Assembly (NCBI RefSeq): GCF_009834535.1
Contig: NC_045697.1
Location: 52,764,001 to 52,828,000 of the forward strand
DNA from: Camelus ferus
Lineage: Eukaryota
Direction: 5' to 3'
DNA length: 64,000 nucleotides
In this document: piece after piece, positions 1-12,883 of the stretch
Layout of the letters: the number at the start of each line of letters is the position of its first letter
Numbering within the stretch: the first letter of the stretch is position 1
Translations under genes and position numbers: made by a program
The notes under the pieces: generated by a model
The model's input: the letters and a program-made list of their open reading frames with translations, nothing else
Database searches by the model: none
Told to the model about the DNA's origin: nothing

Positions 1-2427
1 CCAGTAAAGCCTAAAATGTTTACTATCCGGCCCTTAACAAAAAAATTTGTTAACTCTTGTCCTAGAGTATAACAGAAGCATCCTTGATTTAACTAAGTCC
101 AAACAAAAATAAATATTTTTAGCTCTTTCCAAACAACGTATGATCTTTAGATATGCCAGAAACCATGCTAGTTTCTAAGAATAAGGAACAAAACTGACTC
201 AACTCGTGTCCTCATTGAGTTTACAGGCTAATAGGAAAATATCACTTGAGTTTTTTATAAAGGGAAGTATAAGTTGTGAAAGCAAACAGCTTTCCCTCAG
301 TGTGCCCTTTCTGTTGGTATAAAACAATCAATAAGAACTTGGCACAAATTAACTTAACAAAACTACAAGGAGTGTTCCAAAACCACTGACATCTATCTAG
401 CCAGACTCTAATACCCTATTGTCTATGCTCTCCTGGACAAAAATATATGTTTTTAAGTTTCTCAGGCAAAAAGGGACTATTTAACCATATGTTTAATAAC
501 AAATACCACATATGGTGACTTGAGTTACACTTCTGTTCCTTCTTATTTATACAGTCCTATGCCTCTTTCCATCCCATTAATTACCCATAAACAGCACTCT
601 GCTTTTTTAATTCAGACTTTCTAGAGCAGCAGAAGGAAAAAAATTTGACTTAAACGGAGTCAGAATTAATTACAGATGAAAGTAGAGCAGTAATAAGCAT
701 TATACTAAATTTAATCCTACGAGTTTTCCTCTGCCCTCTTACCTCTCCATGGGCCTAGATTTACTCAGTAATGACTCTGCAACTTAATGATTCTTAAGTT
801 GTCCTCCAGATGAATAGAGGAAAATCTATGGCTTTGAATCTCAACTTCTATACTAAATGGCTGAGTTACTTAAATTCCCTGAACCTCAGTTTCTTACCTT
901 TAAGATTGGGTTTATTGCAGAGTGCTAAAAAAAAAAAAAAAAAAAAAAAGTGTCTACCATAAAGTAGGCATTTAGTAAATGTTAGTTTCCTTCCACAAAG
1001 AAATGGCGTCAAGATTCTGTGTCACATAAATTATTTATAAAGCATCCATCCAGCTTTTTCCAAAATCCTAAACCTTCTATCTTCTTTAAGCTGTCACTAT
1101 AGCAGCAGAATGTTCAAAACCAGGCTCTGGTTTCTGGCTGTGAGACTAGTTGTTGCATTTGTAAAATTTCCCACCTTCTACCACTTTATCTTCATCTGGT
1201 AAGTAAATTGAAGCCAGAAGGCCATTAAGATGCCAATCTTATCAACAAATTCCCTTTACTCTTTCAAGTACCTGAAACTGTCAGTGAACAGAAATATCTG
1301 TCTAGCATCAAATCCCACTCACTTCATCAAATGTCATTTGGGAAAATTACTATAAATTAGAAAAAAAATTGTAATCCAATATTTGAGTGAAATGTTATAT
1401 TTTAAAGGCAGAACTCTATGTTCTACAGGGAATGTTCTAACATTTCAGCTCAAAGTAATTTTCTTCTAGCTATAAATGCAAAATGCCCGTGAAACTTTAG
1501 AAGTTCCTGGAGCTCTAGGCATTTCAATAGTACAGATACTCAGTTCTGGTATTTGAGACAAAGAGAATACAGACAGAAAATGATGATCTGCTTTTATACT
1601 TAAAAGTCAGAATTTCAGGTAGTACAGAAGCTCTGTGATGCCTTCCTTAGATTTTTTAAATTAGAAAATGAGCTCTCAGATAAATGGTACAAATAGGCAC
1701 AAACAAGTACCCCCAAAAAGAATGTACACATATACTGGAAACTTACTCTGAATCTTGTCCTTGAGGGGTCATAGAACTATCTATATAGGTAAGATGAGCC
1801 TCATCAATAAAACAAACAAACCACTTTATCTCTTTAGTAACTAAACTCCCTAGGTCCAGGAGGATAACTATATTAAATAAATACTGCTCTTATGTAAATG
1901 CTGTCACATCGAAGTTTTAAGGCATTTCAGTAAAATCCTTTAGGTTCCTGAAAGTTACCAGTGGGTGGCAGCTCAATTTATAAATCCCATGATAGGTTTC
2001 AAATTATAATAAGACACCATCAAATACATTAAAAGTACTGTTTTGTTTTTCTTTAGTCAAAGCATAGACATTTAGTGTATATTTTCAATTAAATTTCATT
2101 TTATTTTTACTAGTAATATAAATTGCCTCCAATTATAAAATTCTACTAATTTCTTCACCAATGCTGAAAAAGCCCTCAATATTAAAAGTACCACTTTTAT
2201 TTCTCAACTTTCTCTGGCTAAATTTCCAAGAATATATTTATTTTCTATTTATATTTTTTACTTCCCAGAGGTTAAGAATATACCATAAACATATTTTACT
2301 GAGATATCACTATATTGTGATATTAGGTTGCTAACTAGATCCTAGAATAGACAGCACCCCAACACTCACCTACAATGAGGCTACTACCCTATGGTAGAGT
2401 CTTCTGAGAAACAGAAAGGCTACTTAC

Positions 2428-2594
2428 TGTTCACTGCAACCCACTCATTTAGATCTTCCCCCTCAGGAAGCATGACAGCCATCCGGAGGTTTCCACTGCC
2501 AAGTGTGGCCTCTGCATGCTTTAAGAGCTCATACTGGTGAGAACCCTCGGGAATGTTCTTCTTTGGTTTAAAGGTTTTAGAGGAACGGCTACCA
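2428..2594 (-). CDS. MOB1B: MOB1B coding exon 2 (167 nt)
   Basis: Minus strand reads ttttctattcgtag|T GGT AGC CGT...GTG AAC A|gtaagt. It translates to (F)GSRSSKTFKPKKNIPEGSHQYELLKHAEATLGSGNLRMAVMLPEGEDLNEWVAVN(T). GSRS, LRMAV and EWVAV favour MOB1B over MOB1A, as does synteny with GRSF1. Confidence 0.96.
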
Positions 2595-3696
2595 CTACGA
2601 ATAGAAAAGAAAAAAGGGCACTTTAGTATTTAAGGCATGACTTTCAAGAGAGTCTACTACACTGTTCCTGGATAAAACAGCAGGGAGGTGATCCTCAAAG
2701 TCCACAAATAAACTGTCCCTAAATCATACAGGCTACATTAAATCCTGGCAGCATCACTGCTGTAGTTACTGTGTTTGATTACCCAAAACTCCTACAAACC
2801 TTATCTACATTCCCTATTGTAACTCCCAAGGAGAAAAAGGATTTTTAGCTAGAACTAACCCAGCTAACTAATCCAACTATAAATTAACAATTCAGGATTA
2901 TAAACTGTAATCTATAAAAACAAAAAGTACTTCTGTGATAATTTTTAGTCATTGTATTCCTTTTCACCCTTATTCTAAGTCTTTCACCCTAATACAGTTT
3001 CCTTTGTATAGAAAGCATAAAGATATAATTTTACATCAATAAAGCACAAAAATCCTAGAGCAAGAAAGAAAAGCTACATCTTCTATCCAATTATAGGAAG
3101 CACCAGCAATCTTAACCCAGAGTTGCAGGTATGCAGGTAAGTGACTAGACATTAATATGGTTGCTCAAATTTCTAAATGTGTGTGTATATTTATATACAT
3201 ACAAATATATTTTTTAAACGGATCAAATCAAACTAGTCTTAGAAATGGTTTTTAAGGGTTCTTAAGAGATGGAGTCTTCTGTTAATGCTGGCAAATTCTT
3301 ATCAAACTGTATAATATTCTAGTCATCCATTCTCTATACATCTCCTCTTCTTATGAAAAGGAATAGTTAGGGAAAGACTGAATTAGAAGAGGCTGGGTAA
3401 GTGGGAATTATATAAAATTTAATGTTATTAAATTCATGTCACCATAATATTCAGACATTTGAACACATGAAAATTAAAATAAAATTCCAAAGAGAACAGA
3501 TAAACAATAATTATACTCTTCAAACTCTCCAAAGCTTTTCATTCATAACCCCTTTTTCCCAAACTTACCCCCAAGATCGTTCCTTTTTTCCCCAAGATAA
3601 AGTAGTAGGTCTCATCCCTGGTACATTTTATAATCAGTTGAAAAGCTTTCAAAATGTACTGAGGATCCTAAGATAAACTAAGACTTCACCAGTCAA

Positions 3697-3801
3697 TATG
3701 AAAACGAATATATGTATTTATATGTATAACTGAAGCATTATGCTGTACACCAGAAATTGACACAATATTGTAAACTGACTATACTTCAATTAAAAAAAAA
3801 G
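3697..3801 (+). mobile_element. Short L1 3' tail with target-site duplication (TSD)
   Basis: TATGCTGTACACCAGAAATTGAC...CTTCAATTAAAAAA, flanked by aagacttcaccagtcaa and aagaatctaccagtcaa. Confidence 0.8.
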
Positions 3802-5689
3802 AAGAATCTACCAGTCAACTCAAATATCCAACTCAAGTGACAGGTATTTTCACTCTAAGATAATGACATTCTCCTTTGAATGTAAGTCTCAGGTGATTAT
3901 TTAGAGTAAAGGATGCTCCTCAGCTCTGACACTGGCCCCTCTCCCTGCCAGATGTCTCTACTCAACAGCCAAGGAATCTTAAAACACTAATCAGATGATG
4001 TTACTCCTCTGCTTACAACCACTCAGTGGCTTTACTCAGAGTAAATCCTAAAGTCAAATATTAGACACAGTCAAGTTCTGGACACACATCAGAGTGTGGA
4101 AACTCTTTTTCAGTTTAATCAGATAATGTATCAAACACCAAATTCTCTCACAGCACCTCTAAAATACAAAAACGTAGAAAAGATCATTATGCCTACTGAG
4201 CCTGAGGCTTATTTCATTTTCCTGCTTCTTCTCACCCTTTGTTTATTAAAATTTAGTGTGAGAAACAAACATTTTTACAAAAAGACACTTTACTAACTTA
4301 TGTGTGGCTAATTACAAAAACAGCTCTCCTAACACCAGTCTGGTGCATGCCTCCAGGTCAAGTGTTGAGTACACTCCCTTTAACGGGCCCACTGCTCTTG
4401 AGGACGTGACAAGCTGCTTTGAGAAGGGCTGGCAGTCCCTGACAACAAGCACATCAGCTGTGCCTGCACTCAGCAGGGTCAGAGCCTCATCTGCCCCCCA
4501 ACCATCTACTTACTGAACCACTCTGCTCTGAAACTGTGAGCTCCCAAATGCTCTCTTGATTGATGCCCCACCCAGAACTGGTCATCCACAATGCTCAACA
4601 AACCACCTTAGAAGACCTTACACTTGGGTAGAAAGAAAAAAGAAATCTGAACTTTGATTTTGTGAAGGCCAGTTTTGACACTTATCAGCAATATTATCTC
4701 AGGCAAATTACCAAACTATTTTGTGCCTATTTTTTTAACAGTGAAAGCCTAATAAAAATAATAAAACATCACTACTACCTGTATCATAGAACAGTTAGTT
4801 GCAAGATGAGAAAATAATCAATGTGAAAAAACGTCTAAAGCTGTAAAATGCTGTGCAAATGTTAGTACTCTCATTATTATTCTTTTTCCTGAACCAGAAT
4901 GACCTAAGGTGAAAACAAAAACAAAAACAAAAAAATGGCAGTGCAATGTCCAAAGCCGGATTCAACCCCTATTCCCACTCTCATCTCCTAAGACTGGACG
5001 GGAAAAATATATTCTTACTTTGAAACAAGTGCTCTTACATATCAAGTTCCAAATAGAATTTCAAAAGGTGTTTTGTTTTGGTGTTTGGTGCTATTCCCAC
5101 ATCAAGGTTCAGGTGATCTCAGAATAACCCTGGGGCTAGACTGGAAATCAAGAAAACAAGGTCCCGGTCCTCATTTTGCTATTTTCTTCTTATGTTACTT
5201 AAGAAACCACAAATTATCATCTTGAGCTTCAATTTCTTAATTTTGTTTTTTGAAAGTCTGGAAAATAACTTTTTACAAAAGGGTATAATTTAGAGATGAG
5301 ATGATGTTTATAAAGTATTTTTAGTTCTCCGTTCTTCATTTCCACGGACATTCATACTTCCAAACTGCTTTTCAAGTCCTCCATTGAATTCCCTATCCCT
5401 ATGACCCTTCTGCTTTATTCAGGCAGAATAACTAACAATATTCTGACTTTTTAAAATATTCTTTTTTGAAACTATATTCAGCTTTTTCCTCAACTGCTAC
5501 CTGAAACTTCAGCCAAGATGCACCCTACCCTGGAAGGGGTAGTCAATACTGGTCCTCATTCACATGTCAAAAGACCAAGACAAGTTCAAAAGCACAAATA
5601 CCAAAGTATGTACACAGAAGTCCTCAGTAATGACTGCAAGCTTTAATAGTAACAATGTATGACCAAAAGAATATATCTCGCATGGCATG

Positions 5690-6250
5690 TTAAGATATTT
5701 GATGCAAATATTCAAAAACATTTTCAATAACAGAAAGTATGCAGCCCTTCCACCCCACTCTCCTCAGAAGAAAGCTGTATATCAAAGAATCTCAGGAGAA
5801 ATAGCTTGTGTATCATTCCAGAGAGTCTATGTCCATATGTCCATACAAGCATTAAAATGCTTGTGCCTGTTTCTGTTTGTTTTTACACAATTGTTGCACA
5901 CTATAGTATACTAAATAATGTTTTTCATTTAATATATCCAGGAGATTGTTGTATATTAAGGTAGAAGTAGTTCTATTTTATTCTTTTTAAAAACTGAACA
6001 GTATTTCCTTATACAGATATAAAATATTTTTAATCAATCACCTATTGATAAACACTTAGGTTGTTTCCAGTCATTTCTCACTTCAAACAACACTACAGTA
6101 AATATCCTCGTATTATGAAAAATAAATTCTTAGAAGTAAAATTGCTGTGCTAAAGGGCATATACATTTTAAAGTTTTATATAAGGCTTATTTTTCCCCCC
6201 AAATAAGTTGTACACTTTTAAAGTCCATTAACAATGTTTGAGAGTAGCTA
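5690..6250 (-). mobile_element. Old L1 (L1ME-like) 3' fragment
   Basis: Reverse L1 motifs such as cctattgataaacacttaggttgtttccag and agaagtaaaattgctg. Confidence 0.6.
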
Positions 6251-8399
6251 TATACTTTTTAAGTCTTCGAGGACAGGGATTCAACTGCTAGTTTCTCTTG
6301 TACAGCTCCCAACACAGCATCATAACTATATGAGCGTTTACAGCTTTCTGATTAGAATGTGATTGTGATTGACATTTCATAGCATTACCCTGAGGTCTTA
6401 TCTTTCCAAATAAATATCCAGGATTCAAGTTTGTTTACCCCAGTCCTCTTACTCATATTTGAAGGCCATTCAATTTCTAGAGCCAGACAGGATGGTTTGA
6501 CAAGTAAATAATTGAGCCTTAAGGGAAATATGAATACACATCCTTATAATCAGTCATCCAATTTGATCTACCTTTTGTAAATTTCAAAAGCATAATTTTT
6601 TTCCTCTTTGAGACCCTAAAGAATAGATTAGGCCCCATTATGATATCTACATTTATTCCCATAAACCATTTCTTACCATCTCAACATAGCTACACCCATC
6701 ATTACCCTTAACTTTAACCCTTTATTGTTCAGTCCAACTCTCAACAAACTTGGTATTTTCTAGGTTGGACTCAAGAATTTTAAGGCTGAAGGAATTGGGG
6801 TGATTTATAGAGAACTCAAAACAAGGGTACACTAGTAAGGTTAGAATAGATATCTGTATGTTTTGACATAGAAAAACATGTCGATATATTCAAAATTGGA
6901 AGCAAACTAACATCCACTTATTTGTGTCAATGATGCCATACCTTCAGTTAAGTGACTTACTCTGATCACCCCACTAATTAAATGTCAGAAGTGGGATTCA
7001 ACAACGATCCATTATCTTGCACAAGTTACTTAACGTTACCAAGCCTCAGCTTTCTCATCTATAAAATGGGAATAATACCACCTATTGAACCCTTACTATT
7101 GAATTCTGTGGTAAGAACCCCACCAATATTAGTTCTCTTTATTCTACCTCTAGGTACCAATCTGTCATTCACATCAATAGCTCCTTCTATTGGTCTAAGT
7201 TCAAAATGAGAGATCAGGTACTTGATAAACACTTGTTAATTGATAGTTCCAGTCAACTTCCGGCTGAGAACTCCTACATTAGGATAGTAATCAAGATGAT
7301 TAATATTAAGTAACACTTACTGCAGGCCTTGTACTGATGATTATTTTACATGCAATATCTCATTTAACCCCATAACTCTATGATGTACATGTTATTACTT
7401 TATTTTTATGGGTAACAAAACTGAGGCTTAAAGTACTTAAATAATTTGCTCAGGCTGATAAAATTGATAAATCAAGGAGCCAGAATTTAAATCTAGGATT
7501 TAAATATTTAAAGCTCATTCTTTTATCCAGTACCCAACACTGCATGATGCTTACCCTTATCTTCTATCCAGTTATTTCTAACAATTTTCTTCCTTTATTA
7601 TCGCAGTTTAATCAAGCCACTTATGAAACAACACAAGGCTAATTTATACTGAGAGTGTTATTAATAGGCACATTTTAAAAAACAATCTTCAGACTACCTA
7701 ATACCTCATACCTCTTCTAATTTATATGAATATTTAGTGCTGCCATTGGAAAAAATACAATTTTACCAGAGAGCATTTCCCCCAAAAGGGGGAAAAGCAA
7801 AACATGTTAGAAACTGTCAAAATCAACTACAATGTATTCTAGAAATAATAAAGCTAAAGGCTAAAAGCTATGAGTACCAAAAAGACAATCTTGATTCAGA
7901 AAGTCAGCAATATGAATAAACATATCTATTTACATATCTCCCTTACATCCTTTAAAAATCACTATTATTATAGGTGATACAGTTGCTGTTAATGTTAGGA
8001 GAGTAAAAAACGTTTAATATTGCTGGAAAGCAAGAAAGAACGCCAAAAGCAGATCAGAAATTGAGGAAATCTGGTTATGATGAAAAAGTTGATGTGATAA
8101 AGCGACAGAGAAAGTCTGAAAAAAACCTAGCCTAGAACATGCCCAGCAGAGGACTCGGTGAAGGTAAGAGTGGTTCCCGCTGTGCTCCAAGCTCAGAGTC
8201 TGGAGCATAGCAGAGGAAAAGGACTCTGAGAGATGCTTCAGGAATTATATGGGACGTTGATTTAGAGTCTTTGCACAAGCGAATCCCGATACCCTGATCT
8301 GCCAGTGGCCTTTTTCTGGGAAGTAGGCAAGAGGCAGCAGGTATTCAACATTATGCTAAAGCTCAGAGCTTCGAGGGCAAGGAGGTTCCTCTGTAGGCA

Positions 8400-9780
8400 G
8401 TTTACTAAAATTAAAACTTCTGCTCTGTGAAAGACACTGTAAACCACAGACAAGGAGAAAATCTTTGCAAACCATACATCTGATAAAGGACTTGTATCCA
8501 AAATGCACAAGAGGTTCTTAGAAGTCAACAATAAGAAAACAATCCAATGAAGAAATGGGCAAAAGATATAAACAAATCTCACTGAAGATATACAGATGGC
8601 AAGTAAGTATATGAAAAGATGCTCAACATCACCTGTCATCAGGGAATTGCAAATTTAAACAATGAGATACTACCGCACACCCATTAAAATAGCTACTATC
8701 CAAAACAACTGACAATACCAAAAGCTGATGAGGACGCAGAGCAACATTCATGGCTGTTAGGAATGGAAAATGCAAAATGGCACAACCACTTTGGGAGACA
8801 GTTCAGCAGTTTGCTACTAAGTTAAACACAATCTTTCTATACAGTCTAGCAATCCCACTGTTAGGTATTTACCCAATTGAGCTGAAAACCTGTGTCCACA
8901 CAAAAACCTGCCAGTGAATGTTCATAGCAACTTCAATCATAGTTACCAAAACTGGAAGCAACCAAGTTGCCTCTCAATAGGTGAATCAATACACAAACTG
9001 TGGTATATCCATAAAATGGAATATTATGTTTAGTGATTAAGAAGAAATGAGCTATGGAGCCACACACAAAAAAAGTGAAAAACAAAAACATGGAAGAAGC
9101 TTTAACTGAATGTTGTTAAGTAAAAGAATCCAGACTGAAAAGGCTACATAGTGTATGATTCCAAATACAAGGCACTCTGGAAAAGCTACAGGACAGTAGA
9201 ATAATCAGTGCTTGCCAGGGGTTTGAGGGGAAGGGAGGACAGATGACTAGGTATATTCCCAAGAAAACTGAAATATGTGTCCACAAAAACGTGTACACTT
9301 ATGTTCATAGCACCATTATACATAAGAGCCAAAAAGTAGAAGGAGCCCAGAAGTCCATCAACTGATGCGTAGATAAATAAAACATGGTATTATTTATACA
9401 GTGAACTATTATTCAGCCCTTAAAAGAATGAAATACTGATACATGCTACAACATGGTGAATCTTGAAAATATTATCCTAAGAGAAAAAACTAAGACACAA
9501 AATATGTAGTATCACATATTTTACGACTCCATTTATATGAAATATCCAGAATAGACAACTCCATTGAAACAAAAAGTAGATTAGCAGTTGCCAGGGGCTA
9601 GAGAAGGAGAAATGAAAGATGACTACTAATAATACAAAGTTTCTTTTAGGGGTGATAAAATGATCTGGAATTAGATAGTTGTGACGGTTGCCCAACTTTG
9701 TGAATATATTAAATACACTGAATTGAACACTTTAAAGAATGAATTCTATGGTATACGAATCACAGCTCAATTTAAAAATT
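8400..9780 (+). mobile_element. Two successive old L1 3' fragments (L1MB/MC-like), junction at about 9245
   Basis: Decayed ORF2 C-terminus and 3' UTR motifs occur twice (aaaacctgtgtccacacaaaaac at about 8885 and aaatatgtgtccacaaaaac at about 9270). Confidence 0.8.
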
Positions 9781-9869
9781 TTTTTAATGTTTACTATTTA
9801 AAAAATAAATAGTCTCCCAATAATGTTCCTCACTTCCTCAGTAAGTCAGTTTCTCTCATCCATTTATGC

Positions 9870-10920
9870 ACTCTTGCATTCCTTCACCCAACTACCATAT
9901 TCTGACTACCTACTATATTCTAAGTAGCACTGCTATAGTGAAAAAAAAAAGAATGATGTGACAGATAATGTGATGTGACAAGGCACTATAGTAGATTATG
10001 TGGTTAGAGAAGCTTCCCCAAGGCCAGAAAGACCAGAAGAAGGAATCAGCCATATAACAATCTGGGGAAGAGGGAAGAGCATTCCAGGTTTACAGGATAA
10101 ACTAGCACAAAAGTGACTTTTTCAGGAAGAGGGGTAAAAAGGTAACTGTGACTAAGGCATCATGAATGATAGTAACAGTGGTATAAGAAATCAAAAAGGC
10201 TTGTAGAACCATACTAGGTAAGATTTTAGAGGCCAAAGCATGGAATTTAGATTATCATTTTAAGCATAAATGGGAAGCCACTGGAGATTTCAAAAAAAAA
10301 AAAAAAAACAGAAACAGAAGTATAATATGACTTAATGTTCTAATCATTCCAGTTGCCATGTAAACAATGGACTGGGAAACAAATTTCTTCTGTATAGCAC
10401 GGGGAACTATATTCAATATCTTGTAGTAGCCTATAATGAAAAAGAATATGAAAACAAATATATGTATGTATATGTATGAATAAAACATTATGCTGTACAC
10501 CAGAAACTGACATAACATTGTTAAATGATTATATTTCAATTAAAACAAACAAACAAAAAAAGAATGGACTAGGAAGAGGGCAAAAGTGAAAACAGAGAAA
10601 CCAGTTAGGAAAGTACTACAAAGAAGACAGAATGATGGCTTGGACTAATGGGGATAGAAAGATGAAGCCAGATTCCAATATCTGTGGGACGAACCAACAG
10701 GAGTCAGATTTCAGGATTTGTGGAGAGTGGTGAAGAAGAGAGAATCAAGAAGACTTCTAGGTTTTTAGCCTCAGATAGGTAGAAAAGGGCCATTTATTGA
10801 GATAGGTTTGGGGAGATGGGTTTTGGACATAACTTGAGATACCTGTTAAACACCCAAATGAGTAAGTTAGATAGGCAGTTGTACATATACACCTCAGGCT
10901 CAGAGGAAAGGTCAGACTGA
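9870..10920. mobile_element. L2 fragment, interrupted by a younger L1 tail
   Basis: Typical L2 motifs: aagagcattccagg, aatgggaagccactggag, atgatggcttggactaa. Confidence 0.65.
10378..10558 (+). mobile_element. Lineage-specific L1 3' tail with TSD
   Basis: CTGTATAGCACGGGGAACTATATTCAATATCTTG...A-rich tail, flanked by aaacaatggactggga and aaagaatggactagga. Confidence 0.85.
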
Positions 10921-12235
10921 GGGTAACTAATAATCTAACCAGTGAGGACTGGTTGGCACAGTGCCAAAAGATGCAGTATATATTATTAAAATGAGTGTTT
11001 TATAAACTATGGGAAGTCCTATAGTAAAGAAAATTGTTTATGGTTTAGCTTAGCATTTCCCAAACATCTTTAGGCATGGGAACTTTTCTTCCACTTTTTA
11101 ACATCTTGTTCTTTAACACAGAGTAGGGACCACCACACTAGTATATTAAAATGCTAACTGAGTTACCTCCCAATTTTACAGCATACTCACAGCACTTCAA
11201 TTTTATAAAGTGTAACTCAGTGACTTCATACAAGAACAGGTAGAGGGGTTGGTCAATTCACTATTTAATACCCCATAACATTTTATAATCTAATACTTAG
11301 AAAATAATAAAGCACTTCACAAGCAAAGGCCAATTAGTTTCTACCTCTGTGAAGTTATGTTAGGTATTATCTCATCTAGAGATGAAGACACTAAAGTTTT
11401 ATCACTTATCTCTGGTCACCCTTTGAGATTCTGAGTTGTATACAGGCTGTAGTTTCCTTTGCTCAGCACTAAATTCATTATTCCTGTCAGTACATAGGTA
11501 CTAGACCAAAGGAGATTTTAGGAAGTGACCATAGTCGAATGTCTAGGTGATTTCCATGCAACAGCAGTAACTACACTTTCTGAATACTATACAATGGGGA
11601 CTATCAGAAGGAAGAAACCAAAACTTGCACATACAGAGCTCAGAATGAGCATCAACCTACAACTGAGTTGGCAGTAATTTCAAATATACTGGTATTTCAA
11701 CCAAGAAATACCTAGGGAGCTTAAACATCACTTCTTTTATAAAAACATTTCCTGACCTTCCCATGAAAAACTGCCCATTCTCTAGTGTCTCACTGTAGCT
11801 TAAAGAACCTATAACATATATACATATACGTGTGTGTGTTCTTTTACATAGCTGTTGAACATGAAAGACTGTGTCCTCTTCATTTTTGTAACTATACTGA
11901 CTAATATGATATCTGGCATACAGCAGAGGAAAGGGCAAAGGATTTGGAGTAAAGACCCAGTTTCATATCCTGTCTTTTAACTTATTAGCTGTGAAATCTT
12001 GGATAAATTATACAACTTCTTTAAGCTTAAAACTAAAAAACTAGACATGGTATCACCAATTTTACAGGACCATTATGACAATTAAATGAATGAATACATT
12101 TAAAGCACCTTAGTTTTGAGGTAGCTATCACATAGCAAATGTGCAATATAGGAAATGACAGATTAAAAATGTTCAATGAATACTCATGTATATGTGCATA
12201 CGCACACACATACACACACACATATATATAGATCC

Positions 12236-12595
12236 TGTCTTAGCCCATTCAGGCTGCTGTCACAAAATACCACAGACTAGGTGGCTTATAAACAGTAACA
12301 ATTTATTTCTCCTTGTTTGGGGGACTGGAAGTCCAAGATCAGAGTGCCAGCACTGTCAGGTACAGTGAAGGCCCTCTTCCAGGTTTCTGAATGCCCACTT
12401 TTCAATGCATCCTCATATGGTGGAAGAGGCTAGGGAGCTCTGTGGGGTCTTTTTCACAAGGGCACTAATTCAAATAATGACGGTAGAGCCCTCATACCCT
12501 AATGACCTTCCAAAGGCCTCAACTCCTAATACCATCACATTGGGCATTAAGATTTCAACTTATGGATTTGGGCAGACACATTCAGACCACAGCAA
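12236..12595. mobile_element. MaLR LTR (MLT1A-like)
   Basis: TGTCTTAG...GGCTGCTGTCACAAAATACCACAGACTAGGTGGCTTATAAAC...ATTCAGACCACAGCA. Confidence 0.75.
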
Positions 12596-12883
12596 TCCTC
12601 CTGCCAGACTTCTCACTAACCCATAAAGGGTCAGCTTAAAACATTATCCTCCTCATGCTTACAGGATTATATTTTTCTTTCTCTCTCACTAGATTGTGGA
12701 TTACTCAAGAATATGGATCATATGTCATCCTTGAATCCCCAGTACCTAACACAGAACCTGGGACATAGCAGACATCTAATAAATATTTACTATCTTTTTT
12801 TTAAAATATTTACTATCTTAAATAATGATACTGAAAATAGAGAAGTCTTTTTTTAAGCCTCTTTGTGTATATATATATATATT

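Noticed and set aside
4300..4560. Locally GC-richer stretch with a 70-aa ORF
   Set aside because: Non-ATG start, no convincing splice sites or homology. No function can be supported from sequence alone.
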